Assembly (NCBI RefSeq): GCF_036365525.1
Contig: NC_090372.1
Location: 204,762,298-204,826,297, forward strand
DNA from: Heterodontus francisci
Taxonomy: Eukaryota
Length of the DNA stretch: 64,000 nucleotides
Reading direction: 5' to 3'
Shown: piece after piece, positions 49,801-61,647 of the stretch
Numbering within the stretch: position 1 is the first letter of the stretch
How the letters are laid out: every line of letters starts with the position of its first letter
Notes under the pieces: model-generated
What the model was told of the DNA's origin: nothing
Seen by the model: the letters and a program-made list of their open reading frames with translations, nothing else
The model's database searches: none
Position numbers and translations under genes: made by a program

Positions 49801-52629
49801 TGATGTCGGTGATTCTGATGTCGCTGATCTTGTTGTCGGTGATTCTGATGTCGGTGATCTTGATGTCAGTGATCCTGGTGTCAGTGTTCCTGATGTCAGT
49901 GATCCTGGTGTCAATGATCTTGATGTCAGTGATCCTGATGTCAGTGATCCTGTTGTCGGTGATTCTGATGTCAGATATCCTGATGTAGGTGATCTTGATG
50001 TCAGTGATTCTGATGTTGGTGATCTTGTTGTCGGTGATCCTGATGTCAGTAATCTTGATGTCAGTGATCTTGAATTCAGTGATCCTGATGTAGGTGATCT
50101 TGATGTCGGTGATTCTGATGTCAGTGAGCCTGATGTCGCTGATCTTGATGTCGGTGATTCTGATGTCAGTGATCCTGATGTCGGTGATCTTGATGTCGGT
50201 GATCTTGATGTCGGTGATCTTGATGTCAGTGATCCTGATGTCAGTGATCCTGTTGTCGGTGATTCTGATGTCAGATATCCTGATGTAGGTGATCCTGTTG
50301 TCGGTGATTCTGATGTCAGATATCCTGATGTAGGTGATCTTGATGTCGGTGATTCTGATGTTGGTGATCTTGTTGTCGGTTATCCTGATGTCAGTAATCT
50401 TGATGTCAGTGATCTTGAATTCAGTGATCCTGATGTAGGTGATCTTGATGTCGGTGATTCTGATGTCAGTGATCCTGATGTCGGTGATCTTGATGTCGGT
50501 GATTCTGATGTCAGTGATCCTGATGTCGGTGATTCTGATGTCAGTGATCCTGATGTCGGTGATCTTGATGTCGGTGATCTTGATGTCAGTGATCTTGAAT
50601 TCAGTGATCCTGATGTAGGTGATCTTGATGTTGGTGATTCTGATGTCAGTGATCCTGATGTCGGTGATCTTGATGTCGGTGATCTTGATGTCAGTGATCC
50701 TGATGTCAGTGATCCTGTTGTCGGTGATTCTGATGTCAGATATCCTGATGTAGGTGATCTTGATGTCGGTGATTCTGATGTTGGTGATCTTGTTGTCGGT
50801 GATCCTGATGTCAGTAATCTTGATGTCAGTGATCTTGAATTCAGTGATCCTGATGTAGGTGATCTTGATGTCGGTGATTCTGATGTCAGTGATCCTGATG
50901 TAGGTGATCTTGATGTCGGTGATTCTGATGTCAGTGATCCTGATGTCGGTGATCTTGATGTCGATGATCTTGATGTCAGTGATCCTGATGTCAGTGATCT
51001 TGATGTCAGTGATCATGATGTCGGTGATTCTGATGTTGGTGATCTTGTTGTCGGTGATTCTGATGCCAGTGATCTTGATGTCAGTGATCCTGATGTCGGT
51101 GATCTTGATGTCGGTGATCTTGATGTCAGTGATCCTGATGTCAGTGATCCTGTTGTCGGTGATTCTGATGTCAGATATCCTGATGTAGGTGATCTTGATG
51201 TCGGTGATTCTGATGTTGGTGATCTTGTTGTCGGTGATCCTGATGTCAGTAATCTTGATGTCAGTGATCTTGAATTCAGTGATCCTGATGTAGGTGATCT
51301 TGATGTCGGTGATTCTGATGTCAGTGATCCTGATGTCGGTGATCTTGATGTCGGTGATTCTGATGTCAGTGATCCTGATGTCGGTGATCTTGATGTCGGT
51401 GATCTTGATGTCGGTGATTCTGATGTCAGTGATCCTGTTGTCGGTGATTCTGATGTCAGATATCCTGATGTAGGTGATCCTGTTGTCGGTGATTCTGATG
51501 TCAGATATCCTGATGTAGGTGATCTTGAAGTCGGTGATCCTGGTGTCAGTGATCTTGATGTCAGTGATCCTGGTGTCGGTGATCTTGATGTCAGTGATCT
51601 TGATGTTGGTGGTGATCTTGATGTCAGTGATCTTGATGTCAGTGATCCTGATGTCGGTGATCCTGATGGTCAGTGATCTTGTTGTCGGTGATTCTGATGT
51701 CAGTGATCCTAATGTCGGTGATCTTGATGTCAGTGATCCCGGTATCGGTGATCTTGTTGTCGGTGATCCTAATGTCAGTGATCTTGATGTCAGTGATTCT
51801 GATGTCAGTGATCCTGATGTCGGTGATCTTGATGTCAGTGATCTTGATGTCAGTGATTCTGATGTCAGTGATCCTGATGTCGGTGATCTTGATGTCAGTG
51901 ATCCTCATGTAGTTGGTCTCGAAGCCGGTGATCCTGATGTCAGTGATCTTGATGTCAATGATCTTGATGTCAGTGATCTTGATGTCAGTGATCTTGATGT
52001 CGGTGATCTTGATGTCAGTGATCTTGAAGTCAGTGATCCTGGTGTCAGTGATCTTGATGTCAGTGATCCTGGTGTCGGTGATCCTGGTATCGGTGATCTT
52101 GTTGTCGGTCATCCTGATGTCAGTGATCTTGATGTCAATGATCCTGATATCAGAGATCCTGGTGTTATTGATTCTGATGTCAGTGATGCTCGTGTCGGTG
52201 ATCTTGATGTCGGTGATCCTGGTGTCAGAGATCCTGGTGTTATTGATTCTGATGTCAGTGATGCCCGTGTCGGTGATCTTGATGTCGGTGATCCTGGTGT
52301 CAGATATCCTGGTGTCGGTGATTCTGATGTCAGTGATGCTCGTGTCGGTGATCTTGATGTCGGTGATCCTGGTGTCAGAGATCCTGGTGTTATTGATTCT
52401 GATGTCAGTGATGCTCGTGTCGGTGATCTTGATGTCGGTGATCCTGGTGTCAGATATCCTGGTGTCGGTGATTCTGATGTCAGTGATCCTGGTGTCGGTG
52501 ATTTTGATGTCAGTGATTTTTATGTCGGAGATCCTGGTGTCGGTGATTCTGATGTCAGTGATCCTGGTGTCGGTGATTTTGATGTCAGTGATTTTTATGT
52601 CGGAGATCCTGGTGTCATTGATCCTGATG
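46846..52629. repeat. 15-bp minisatellite (GATGTCRGTGATYYT)n, about 385 units, with higher-order repeats
   Basis: Directly visible. Indel-free register from ~47161 to ~51608 with more diverged edges. Marker variants recur at 1155- and 1035-bp spacing. Confidence 0.98.
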
Positions 52630-52779
52630 CCCTACCTGGAGTGGAGCAGAGGCAGTTGGGAGCGGGAGCACCATAAGTACAGCACGGGGATCGGAGTGTG
52701 GTCTTTCCAACCTCCAGTGGAACAGAGGCTGTCAGGGATCGGATCACGTCCTTTCCTATCTGAAGCAGAGGCAGCCTTA

Positions 52780-53522
52780 GTCTGGGTCTGGGTCTGGGTC
52801 TGGGTCTGGGTCTCAGTCTCAGTCTCGGTCTGGGTCTGGGTCTGGGTCTGGGTCTGGGTCTGAGTCTTGGTTGGTCTGAGTCTCGGTCTGGGTCTCAGTC
52901 TCAGTCTCGGTCTGAGTCTCGGTCTGAGTCTCGGTCTCGGTTTGAGTCTCCGTCGGTCTGAGTCTCGGTCTAGGTCTCAGTCTCAGTCAGTCTCGGTCTC
53001 GGTCTGAGTCTGGGTCTGAGTCGGTCTCGGTTTGAGTCTCCGTTGGTCTGAGTCTCAGTCTGGGTCTCAGTCTCAGTCAGTCTCGGTCTCGGTCTCGGTC
53101 TGAGTCTCGGTCTCGATTTGAGTCTCCGTCGGTCTGAATCTTGGTCTCGGTCTCAGTCTCAGTTTCAGTCTCGGTCTGAGTCTCGGTCTGAGTCTCGGTC
53201 GGTCTGGGTCTCAGTCTCAGTCTCAGTCTCGGTCTCGGTCTTGGTCTGAGTCTCGGTCTGAGTCTCGGTCGGTCTGGGTCTCAGTCTCAGTCTCGGTCTG
53301 AGTCTCGGTCTTGGCCTAGGTCTTGGTTTCGGTCTGGGTCTGGGTCTGGGTCTTGGTCTGAGTCTCGGTCTTGGTCTCTGTCTCTGTCCCAGTCTCTGTC
53401 CCAGTCTCGGTCTCTGTCTCTGTCCCAGTCTCTGTCTCTGTCCCAGTCTCGGTCTCGGTCTCTGTCTCTGTCCCAGTCTCTGTCTCTGTCCCAGTCTCAG
53501 TCTCTGTCTCTGTCTTTGTGTC
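52780..53522. repeat. Hexamer array (GTCTNN)n in the CR1 5' region
   Basis: Units grade from GTCTGG to GTCTCG/GTCTCA/GTCTGA to GTCTCT/GTCCCA. Confidence 0.95.
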
Positions 53523-53942
53523 CCCGTGGGCTGTGTTTGAAAAGTGCAAAAAAACCCTAACAGTGACATCACAGCAAATCTGTAAGCTGATTGGTTGGTA
53601 AGTAATAGCTGTTATTAACTTAAAAAAATCAGAGAAAAAAAAGTTTGTTTTTATAAAACTCTCAAGCTACCTTGTAAGTGAGAAGGTTAGTACTACTAAG
53701 GTTTTTTAATTAGTGCAGTTTATTAATAATTACGAATTAGAAAGTGCTTTATGGATAAAGTGTAAGGCTGTGAGTTATGTGTGAGGGATTTTATTGACAA
53801 GAGGAAAGAAGTGTTCTTTGCTGTCTTTCTTTTCTTTTCTGCCTGTTCAGCCTCCACGGTACAGGGCAAGAAGCTGATTAGTAAGTAACTGGTAAGTTAT
53901 TCCACTTATTACACTGCAATAATTAGTTTGTAAAGCTAAGTA

Positions 53943-55097
53943 ATGGCAGGGCAGCTCGGCCAAGCAGAATGTGCCTCCTGTGGCATGTGGGAAGTCGTGG
54001 ATGCACCATGTGTCCTTGACAAACACATCTGCAGGAAGTGTCACCGGCTGCAGGTTTTGGAATTCGAGCGGCAGCTGGAATCGCAGTGGCGCATCCGCGA
54101 GGCAGAGAACTACATTTCAGGAGGTAGTTCCTGGAGCTTAAGAGAGCACAGGCAGAGAGGGACTGGGTGGCTGCCAGACATACAAGAAGGTCAAGGCAGG
54201 TAGTGCAGGAGTCCCCGGAGGGCATCCCACTTTCTAACCGGTATTCCGTTCTGAGTACCGATGGGAGAGAGGGTTCCTCTGGAGAGTGCACCGAGAGTCA
54301 TGACCGGAGAACCATGGGCAGCTCAGCTGTGCAGGGAGGGAGGAGAAAGGATAAGAGAGCAATAGTGGTAGGGGATTCTACGGTTAGGGCAACAGATAGG
54401 CGTTTCTGTGGTCGCAGACGTGATTCCAGGATGGTATGTTGCCCCCCTGGTGGAAGGGTCATGGATATCACTGGGCAGCTACAGAGCATTCTGGAGGGTG
54501 AGGGTGCACAGCCAGAGGTCATGGTCCACATTGGTACAAACAATATAGGAAGAAAGAGGGATGAGGTCCTGCAGGTTGAGTTTAGGGAGTTAGGAACGAG
54601 ATTAGCAAGCAGGACCTCAAAGGTAGTAATCTCCGGATTACTCCAAGGCCACGTGCTAGTAAGTGCTCTGGTTTCCTCCCACAAGCCAAAAGACTTGCAG
54701 GTTGGTAGGTAAATTGGCCATTATAAATTGCCCCTAGTATAGGTAGGTGGTAGGGAAATATAGGGACAGGTGGGGATGTGGTAGGAATATGGGATTAGTG
54801 TAGGATTAGTATAAATGGGTGGTTGATGGTCGGCACAGACTCGGTGGGCCGAAGGGCCTGTTTCAGTGCTGTATCTCTAAACTAAACTAAACTAAGTATA
54901 GAAAAAGAAAAATACACCAGATGAATGCGTGGCTGGAGAGATGGTGCAGGAGGGAGGGCTTCAGATTTCTGGGGCATTGGGACCGGTTCTGGGGAAGGTG
55001 GGACCTGTACAAACTGGACAATCTACACCTGAACAGGACTGGGACAAATATTCTTGCAGGAAGGTTTGCTAGTGCTGTTGGGGATGGTTTAAACTAG
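53943..55097 (+). pseudogene. CR1 ORF1: N-terminal CxxC..CxxC finger and SGNH/GDSL esterase, frameshifted and SINE-interrupted
   Basis: CASCGMW...ICRKC, NRYSVL, IVVGDS, CC.PG and VHIGTN motifs. A D.LH-like end follows the SINE. Confidence 0.88.
54665..54892 (+). mobile_element. 5'-truncated HE1-like V-SINE inside CR1 ORF1
   Basis: Homologous to 13120-13325. (CTAAA)n tail. Candidate TSD taagt at 54660-54664 and 54893-54897. Confidence 0.88.
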
Positions 55098-58085
55098 TTT
55101 GGCAGTGGGATGGGAACTTGAACGCAGTCTTAGACAGGCAATTTCAGGGCAGGCAACAGGAGGCAGAAAATTAGTGAGTGACTCTGAAAGACAGAAGAAG
55201 CCAAGGTTAAAAAGTGTGCAGCACAGGAGTTTGGCAGTGTTAAAGGGTATTTATTTAAATGCAAGGAGTAGAGTAAATAAAGCCGATGAACTGAGGGCAC
55301 AGATAGACACATGGCAACACAATATTGTTGCTGTAACGGAAACTTGGCTTAAAGAGGGGCAAGAATGGCAGCTCAACATCCCTGGATATAGAGTTTTCAG
55401 GTGGGCTAGAGAGGAAGAGAAAAAGGAGGGGGCGTAGTATTATTGGTTAAAGAATCAATTACAGCTGTGAGGAAGGATGATGTGTTAAATGAATCATCAA
55501 ATGAGGCAAAATGGGTGGAGCTCAAAAATAAAAGGCAGTCACACTACAAGGAGTGTACTATAGACCCCCAAATAGTGAGTGGGAGATAGAAGAACAAATA
55601 TGTCGGCAAATATATGAGTGCAAAAACTACAGGGCATTAATAGTTGGGGATTTCAGCTACCCCAATATCAACTGGGGTACAAACAGTGTGACGAGCACAG
55701 AGGGGCAAAATTCTTGAACTGTGTTCAAAAGACCTTTTTTAGCCAGCACATAACAAGCCCAACGAGAGGGGCTGCATTCTAGATTTAGTCTTCGGTACTG
55801 ACACTGGACAAGTGGATGAAGTTACAGTGGGTGACCATTTTGGAAATAGTGACCATAATACAGTTAGTTTTAGCATATCATGGAAAAGGACAAAGTTAAG
55901 ACAGGAGTAAAAGTTCTAAATTGGGGGAAGGCAAAGTTATGAAACTGAGAGGTGACCTGGAGAAAGTGGACTGGATACAGCTATTTGAAGGAAAATCAGT
56001 GGCAAACCAATGGGAGGCATTCAAAAACGAGATACTACAGGCACAATGTAGACATGTCCCCACAAAGATAAATGGTGGTACTGCCAAACCTAGAGCCCCC
56101 TGATTATCTAGAATCTTACAGGGTAAGTTAAAGCAGAAAAAGGAAGCTTATGACGATCACAAAAATCACTAAGAAGTGCAGGGGTGAAGTAAAAAAGGAA
56201 ATTAGAAAAGCAAAGAGAGGACATGAAAAATTATAGGCAGGTAAAATCAAGGAAAACGCGAAGATGTTTTATCAGTACATTAAGAGCAAGAGGATGACTA
56301 AGGAAAGGGTAGGACCTATCAGAGTTATACAAGGGAACTTATGCGTGGACGCAGAAGATGTGGGCAGGGTTCTCAATAAGTTTTTTGTCTCTGTCTTCAC
56401 AAAGGCGAGGGTTGATGTAGACATTGTAGTTAAAGAGGAGGAGTGTGAAATATTAGATATGATAAGCATAATGAGAGAGGAAGTGCTAGAGGGTCTGACA
56501 TCCTTGAAAGTGGATAAATCGCCAAGGCCAGCTGGATTGCATCCCAGGTTGTTAGAGGAAGCCAGGGAGGAAATAACAGATGCGCTGAGGATCATCTTCA
56601 AATCCTCACTAAATACAGGCGAGGTATCAGATGATTGGAGGTCTGTGAACGTTGTACCATTGCTTAAATAGGGTGTGAGGGATAGGCCAAATAGTTATAG
56701 GCTGATCAGTCTGACCTTGGTGGTGGGTAAATTGTTAGAATCAATTCTGAGGGACAGGATAAACTGCCACTTAGAAAGGCACGGATTAATCAGGGATAGT
56801 CTGCATGGATTTGTTAAGGGAAGGTCGTGTCTTACTAACTTAATTGAGTTTTTTGAGTAAGTAACAAGGAGGATTAATGAAGGTAGTGCAGCGGATGTAG
56901 TCTACATGGGGTTTAGTAAGGCATTTGACAAGGCAGACTGGTCAGTAAAATGAAAGCCCATGGGATACAGGGGAATGTGGCAGGTTGGATCCAGAATTGG
57001 CTCAGGGACAGGAAACAAAGGGTAGTATTTGACGGATGTTTTTGCAAATGGAAAGCTGTTTCCAGTGGTGTTCCACAGGGCTCAGTGCTGGGTCCCTTGC
57101 TGTTTGTGGTATATATTAATGTTTTGGACTTAAATGTGGGAGGCATGATTGGGAAATTTGCTGATGACACAAAAATTGGTCGTGTAGTTGATAGTGAAGA
57201 GGACAGCCATAGACTCCAGAAAGATATCAATGGTTTGGTTGAATGGGCAGAAACGTGGCAAATGGAATTCAATCCAGAGAATTGTGAGGTAATGCATTTG
57301 GGGAGAGCAAATAAAGCAAGGGAATACACAATAAACGGGTGGATATTGAGAGGGATAGAGGAAGTGAGAGACCTTGGAGTACATGTCCACAGGTCCCTGA
57401 AGGTGGCAAGACAGGTAGATAGAGTGGTGAAGAAGGCATATGGAATGCTTTCCTTTATTGGCTGAGGTATAGAACACAAAAGCAGGGATGTAATGCTGGA
57501 GCTGTATAAAACGCTGGTTAGGCCACAGCTGGAGTATTGCGTACATGTTCTGGTCACCACGTTACAGGAAGGACATAATTACTCTGGAGAGAGTACAGAG
57601 GAGATTTACAAGAATGTTGCCAGGGCTTGAAAGTTGCAGCTATGAAGAAAGATTGGATAGGCTAGGGATGTTTTCCTCAGAAAAGAGGAGGCTGAGGGGT
57701 GACTTAATTGAGGTATACAAAATTATGAGGGGCCTAGATAGAACAAACAGGAAGGACCTGTTTCCCTTAGCAGAGAGGTCAATTACCAGGGGGCACAGAT
57801 TTAAGGTGATTGGTAGAAGGATTAGAGGGGAGATGAGGAAAACGTTTTCAACCAAAGGGTGGTGGGTGTCTGGGATCCCTGCCAGGAACGGTGATGGAGG
57901 CAGAAACCTTAAATTCTTTTAAAAGGTACCTGGACATGCACCTGAAGTGCTGTAACCTGCAAGGCTACAAACCAGATGCTGGAAAGTGGGATTAGATTGG
58001 GTGGCTACTTTGTTCAGCTGGCACAGACATGATGGGCTGAATGGCCTCTTTCTGTGCCTATATTTTTCTATGGTTCTATGGCTCT

Positions 58086-58124
58086 ATGTCAGTGATTCTG
58101 ATGTCGGTGATCCTGATGTCGGTG
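58086..58124. repeat. Distal stub (~2.5 units) of the 15-bp minisatellite
   Basis: atgtcagtgattctgatgtcggtgatcctgatgtcggtg. Confidence 0.9.
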
Positions 58125-58900
58125 GTGGAGGGAGTGAATGTTTGTGGATGGGGTGCAAATCAAGTGGGCTGCTTTGTCCTGGATAGTTTTGAGCTTCTTG
58201 AGTTTTGTTGGAGCTGCACCCATCCAGTCAAGTGGAGAGTATTCCATCACACTCCTGACTTGTGCCTTGTAGATGGTGAACAGGCTTTGGGGACTTGGGA
58301 GGTGAGTTACTCGCCTCAGGATTCCTAGCCTCTGACCTGCTCTTGTATTTATATGGCTACTCCAGTTCAATTTCTGGTTAGTGGTAACCTCCAGGATGTT
58401 GATAATGGGGGATTCAGCGATGGTAATGCCATTAAATGTCAAGGGGAGATGGTTAGATTCTCTCTTGTTGGCGATGGTTATTGCCTGACACTTGTGTGGT
58501 GCGAATGTTACTAGCCACTTTTCAGCCCAAGCTTGAATATTGTCCAGGTCTTGCTGCATTTCTACATGGACCGCTTCAGTATCCGAGGAGTCATGAATGG
58601 TGCTGAACCTGTGCAATCATCAGTGAACATCCCCATTTCTGACCTTATCATTGATGAAGCAGCTGAAGATGGCTGGGGCCTAGTTCACTACCCTGAGGAA
58701 TTCCTGCAGTGATGTCCTGGACCTGAGACGATTGACCTCCAACAACCACAACCATCTTCCTTTGTGCTAGGTATGACTCCAGCCAATGGAGAGTTTTCCC
58801 CTTGATTCCCATTGACACAAGTTTTGCTCTGGCTCCTTGATGCCATACTTGGTCAAATGCTGCCTTGATGTCAAGGGCAATCACTCTCACCTCACCTCAA
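58120..58900 (-). mobile_element. Internal RT fragment of the Jockey/CR1-group LINE
   Basis: ALDIKAAFDQVWH, GIPQGS.LGP and MEYSPL.W...HSLHHR motifs, homologous to 24160-26250. Confidence 0.88.
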
Positions 58901-58918
58901 CTCACCTGTACACACAAT

Positions 58919-59750
58919 TGTAAGATTAAGAGGTCACTAAAAAGTAACTAACCAGAAAACTAACTGTTAAAATTTAGCTATTATAAATTGTCAACTGACT
59001 TAATATTAGAAACTAGCATTCAACTGTATTAGAACCCTTCTTTGTAGTATGGTAAATTGGGAAAACTTAGGAAGTAGGACACAATGCAGTATAAGGGTGA
59101 GACCTTGAAAGCAGACAGTGAAAACAGCTTCTGTGTAGATTTGTCTAGTAATGAGGTAGGAACTTCAGAATGTAAAAGCATTGAGATAAAGTAATCAACA
59201 CAAAGGGTTAGCAACAGCCAAAGAATGATCCTTGATTGGTTAAGAAAGGCATCCAATAAAACAAGACTAATCAGTGATTGGGGAAAGGGAGGGTTAATTG
59301 GAAAGAAGCCAGGATACAAGAAGGCTCGACTGTGTCCCTGTATGGCAGAGAGTCTTTGAAGNNNNNNNNNNNNNNNNNNNNNNNNNNNNNNNNNNNNNNN
59401 NNNNNNNNNNNNNNNNNNNNNNNNNNNNNNNNNNNNNNNNNNNNNNNNNNNNNNNNNNNNNNNNNNNNNNNNNNNNNNNNNNNNNNNNNNNNNNNNNNNN
59501 NNNNNNNNNNNNNNNNNNNNNNTGCAAGAGAAAGAGTCATGCGTTCTGCCGTCCAGTCTCTAATACGGGTAGTATCTATGTTAGACTGTTAATCACTGCC
59601 TGAGTTTGTGACTATGGTTTATGTGAAAATTTAATACATTTGTCTTTACCTTTATCTCAATAAAGTTCATTCACAACAAGCTTTGTGCTGCCAAGTCTGT
59701 TCCCATCGTAGAAGGGGGCATAAAACACCCCTATCTGATCAAATCTTACA
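58919..59750 (+). mobile_element. Solo LTR with 4-bp TSD
   Basis: Ends TGTAAGATT...AATCTTACA form a 9-bp inverted repeat. TSD caat at 58915-58918 and 59751-59754. Internal CCAAT/ATTGG boxes and AATAAA near 59659. Confidence 0.8.
59362..59522. other. Assembly gap (161 N)
   Basis: Run of N. Confidence 1.
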
Positions 59751-60351
59751 CAATCGATACTTGCTTTGAGATGTTTCATATTGATAATATTGATATTGGA
59801 GAAATGTTTGAAGGGGGGAAATTGCTAAGGGGGTGGGGTGGAGTGGGACTGATTGGACAGCTCATTCAGAGACACAATGGATGGAATGGCCTCCTGTGCT
59901 GTGAGATTCTATGTTTTCTAGGGCTGATTGCATTGAACATTTTGGATCCCTTCCAGTGGCAGAAGTCCTGCTTTGGTCCCCCACACTCTCCTGTGAACTG
60001 CCAAGCTGGCAAACAGTTCCTGATCCTGCCAGTGACACAGTCCGCTTTATAACTGTAATGCATTTAGGAAAACCTCCAAACCATTTCCTAATCACTCCTG
60101 TATGTTGCAGCCCTTTTCTTTTTATGAGGGCATTTAATTTGTAATGCTGTAAAGAACCAACAAGACATTAACTTTTAGAGTTCTAACGCAGCAGATGCCA
60201 GCTGCACCTCCACCCAGGCTCCCTTCACCGAGGGTAATAAAGTGAAATTAAAATATATTAATAGTCTGACATTATACGGAACGTAAATCAGAAGAACCAT
60301 TGCTCCTTCGAGGTTCTGCGATGCAGCAGCTTCGGGGAGTGTAAGCAGCAA

Positions 60352-61200
60352 AAAGAAAGACTTGCATTTCTATAGAGCCTTTCAGAACCTCAGGCCACCC
60401 CGAAGCACTTTACAGTCAATAAAGCACTTTTATGAAATGTCATCACTGTTGAGAATGTAGGAATTATGGGCAACCAATTTTCACACACAGTAATGACCAC
60501 GTAATCTGTTTATTTATTGATGTTTGGTTGAAGGATAAATATTGGACAGGAGACTGGGGAGAACTTCCTTGATCTTCTTCAAAATAATGGCATGGGAGCT
60601 TTTACTTCTACCTGAGAGTTTACATACATACGAACATACGAATTAGGAGCAGAAGTAGGCCATTGGGCCCCTCGAGCCTGCTCCGCCATTTAATAAGATC
60701 ATGGCTGATCTGTTTCTGTCTCGAATTCCACACTCCCATTTACCCCTGATAACCTTTGATTCCCTTGCCTAACAAGAATCTATCTACCTCCGCCTTAAAA
60801 ATATCCAACGACCCCGCCTCCACCACCACCTGAGGCAGAGAGTTCCAAAGTTGCACAACCCTCAGAGGGAAAGAATTTCTCCTCGTTTCTGTCCTAAAAG
60901 GGTGACCCCTAATTTTGAAACAGTGCCACCTAGTTCTGGACTCGCCCACAAGAGGAAACATCCTTCCCACATCCACCTTGTCAAGATCGTTCAGGATCAG
61001 ATAAACTTCAATCAAGTCTCCCTTCACTCTTGTTTAGCTCCAGTGAAAACAAGCCCAGTCTGGCCGACCTTTCCTCATAAGACAACTCGCTCATTCCAGG
61101 TATCAATCGAGTAAACGCCTTTGGACCGCCTCCAACTGCATTTCATCTGAAAGTCACCACCTCCGACATGCAGCACTCCCTCAGTACTGTGCTAGATGTG
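60352..61200 (-). mobile_element. Deu-domain SINE split by a CR1 3' fragment (60622-61137, minus)
   Basis: SINE tail at 60352-60620. CR1 with (tatg) tail and GDLIEVY..L..LD coding. The SINE resumes with tcatctgaaag..accacctccgac..gcagcactccctcagtact. Confidence 0.75.
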
Positions 61201-61647
61201 TCGACCTAGATCTCAATAACAAATATATATCAATCTCAGTTTTGAAATGTTCAGCTGACCCCCAGACTCAACAACGTTTTGAGGGGAGAGAGTTCCATAT
61301 TTCCATTACACTTTGCAGTGCTACCTGACATAACCTAGCTCTAATTTTAACTTAATATTCCCTTGTTCAAGGCTCCCTCACCAGAGAAAATAGTTTCTTG
61401 CTATCTACCCTATCATTTCCTATAATTATCTAATGCACCTCAATTATGTTAAAGTTTCACTGGTTGTTATTGCATAATGGGCTAGATTGACTGTAAGAAT
61501 AAAGAAAATAAGAAATGAAAGATTGCAAGACATTAGCGAATTTTCTTTTGATTTATTCACAGGATCTGGCAAGGCCAGCATTTGTTGCCCATTCCTAATT
61601 GCCTTGAAAAGGTGGTGGTGAGCCACCTTAAACAACTCAGCGATTTC

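Larger units (their letters stand above)
52630..58088 (+). mobile_element. Full-length but decayed CR1 LINE (5' UTR, ORF1, ORF2, 3' UTR)
   Basis: ORF1 has a zinc finger and esterase. ORF2 runs YLNARS...TETW (55240) to KFADDTK and the C-terminus (~57990). (ttctatgg)n tail. Flanked on both sides by the 15-mer repeat. Confidence 0.92.

Noticed and set aside
47152-49914. 920-aa Ser/Thr/Pro-rich mucin-like ORF and the MSVIL ORFs as real genes
   Set aside because: They are translations of the 15-mer with no signal peptide, unique domain or splice context. Several frames are open at once.
46846-52629. CRISPR array
   Set aside because: The units are contiguous with no unique spacers, there are no cas genes, and the context is vertebrate.
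52780-53601. WVWV, RPRP, TETE and VSVS low-complexity ORFs
   Set aside because: By-products of the hexamer array.
54167-54712. Host GDSL lipase gene
   Set aside because: It sits in the CR1 ORF1 position upstream of APE-RT, is frameshifted and is SINE-interrupted.
59271-59603. ORFs spanning the N run
   Set aside because: Artefacts of translating the gap.
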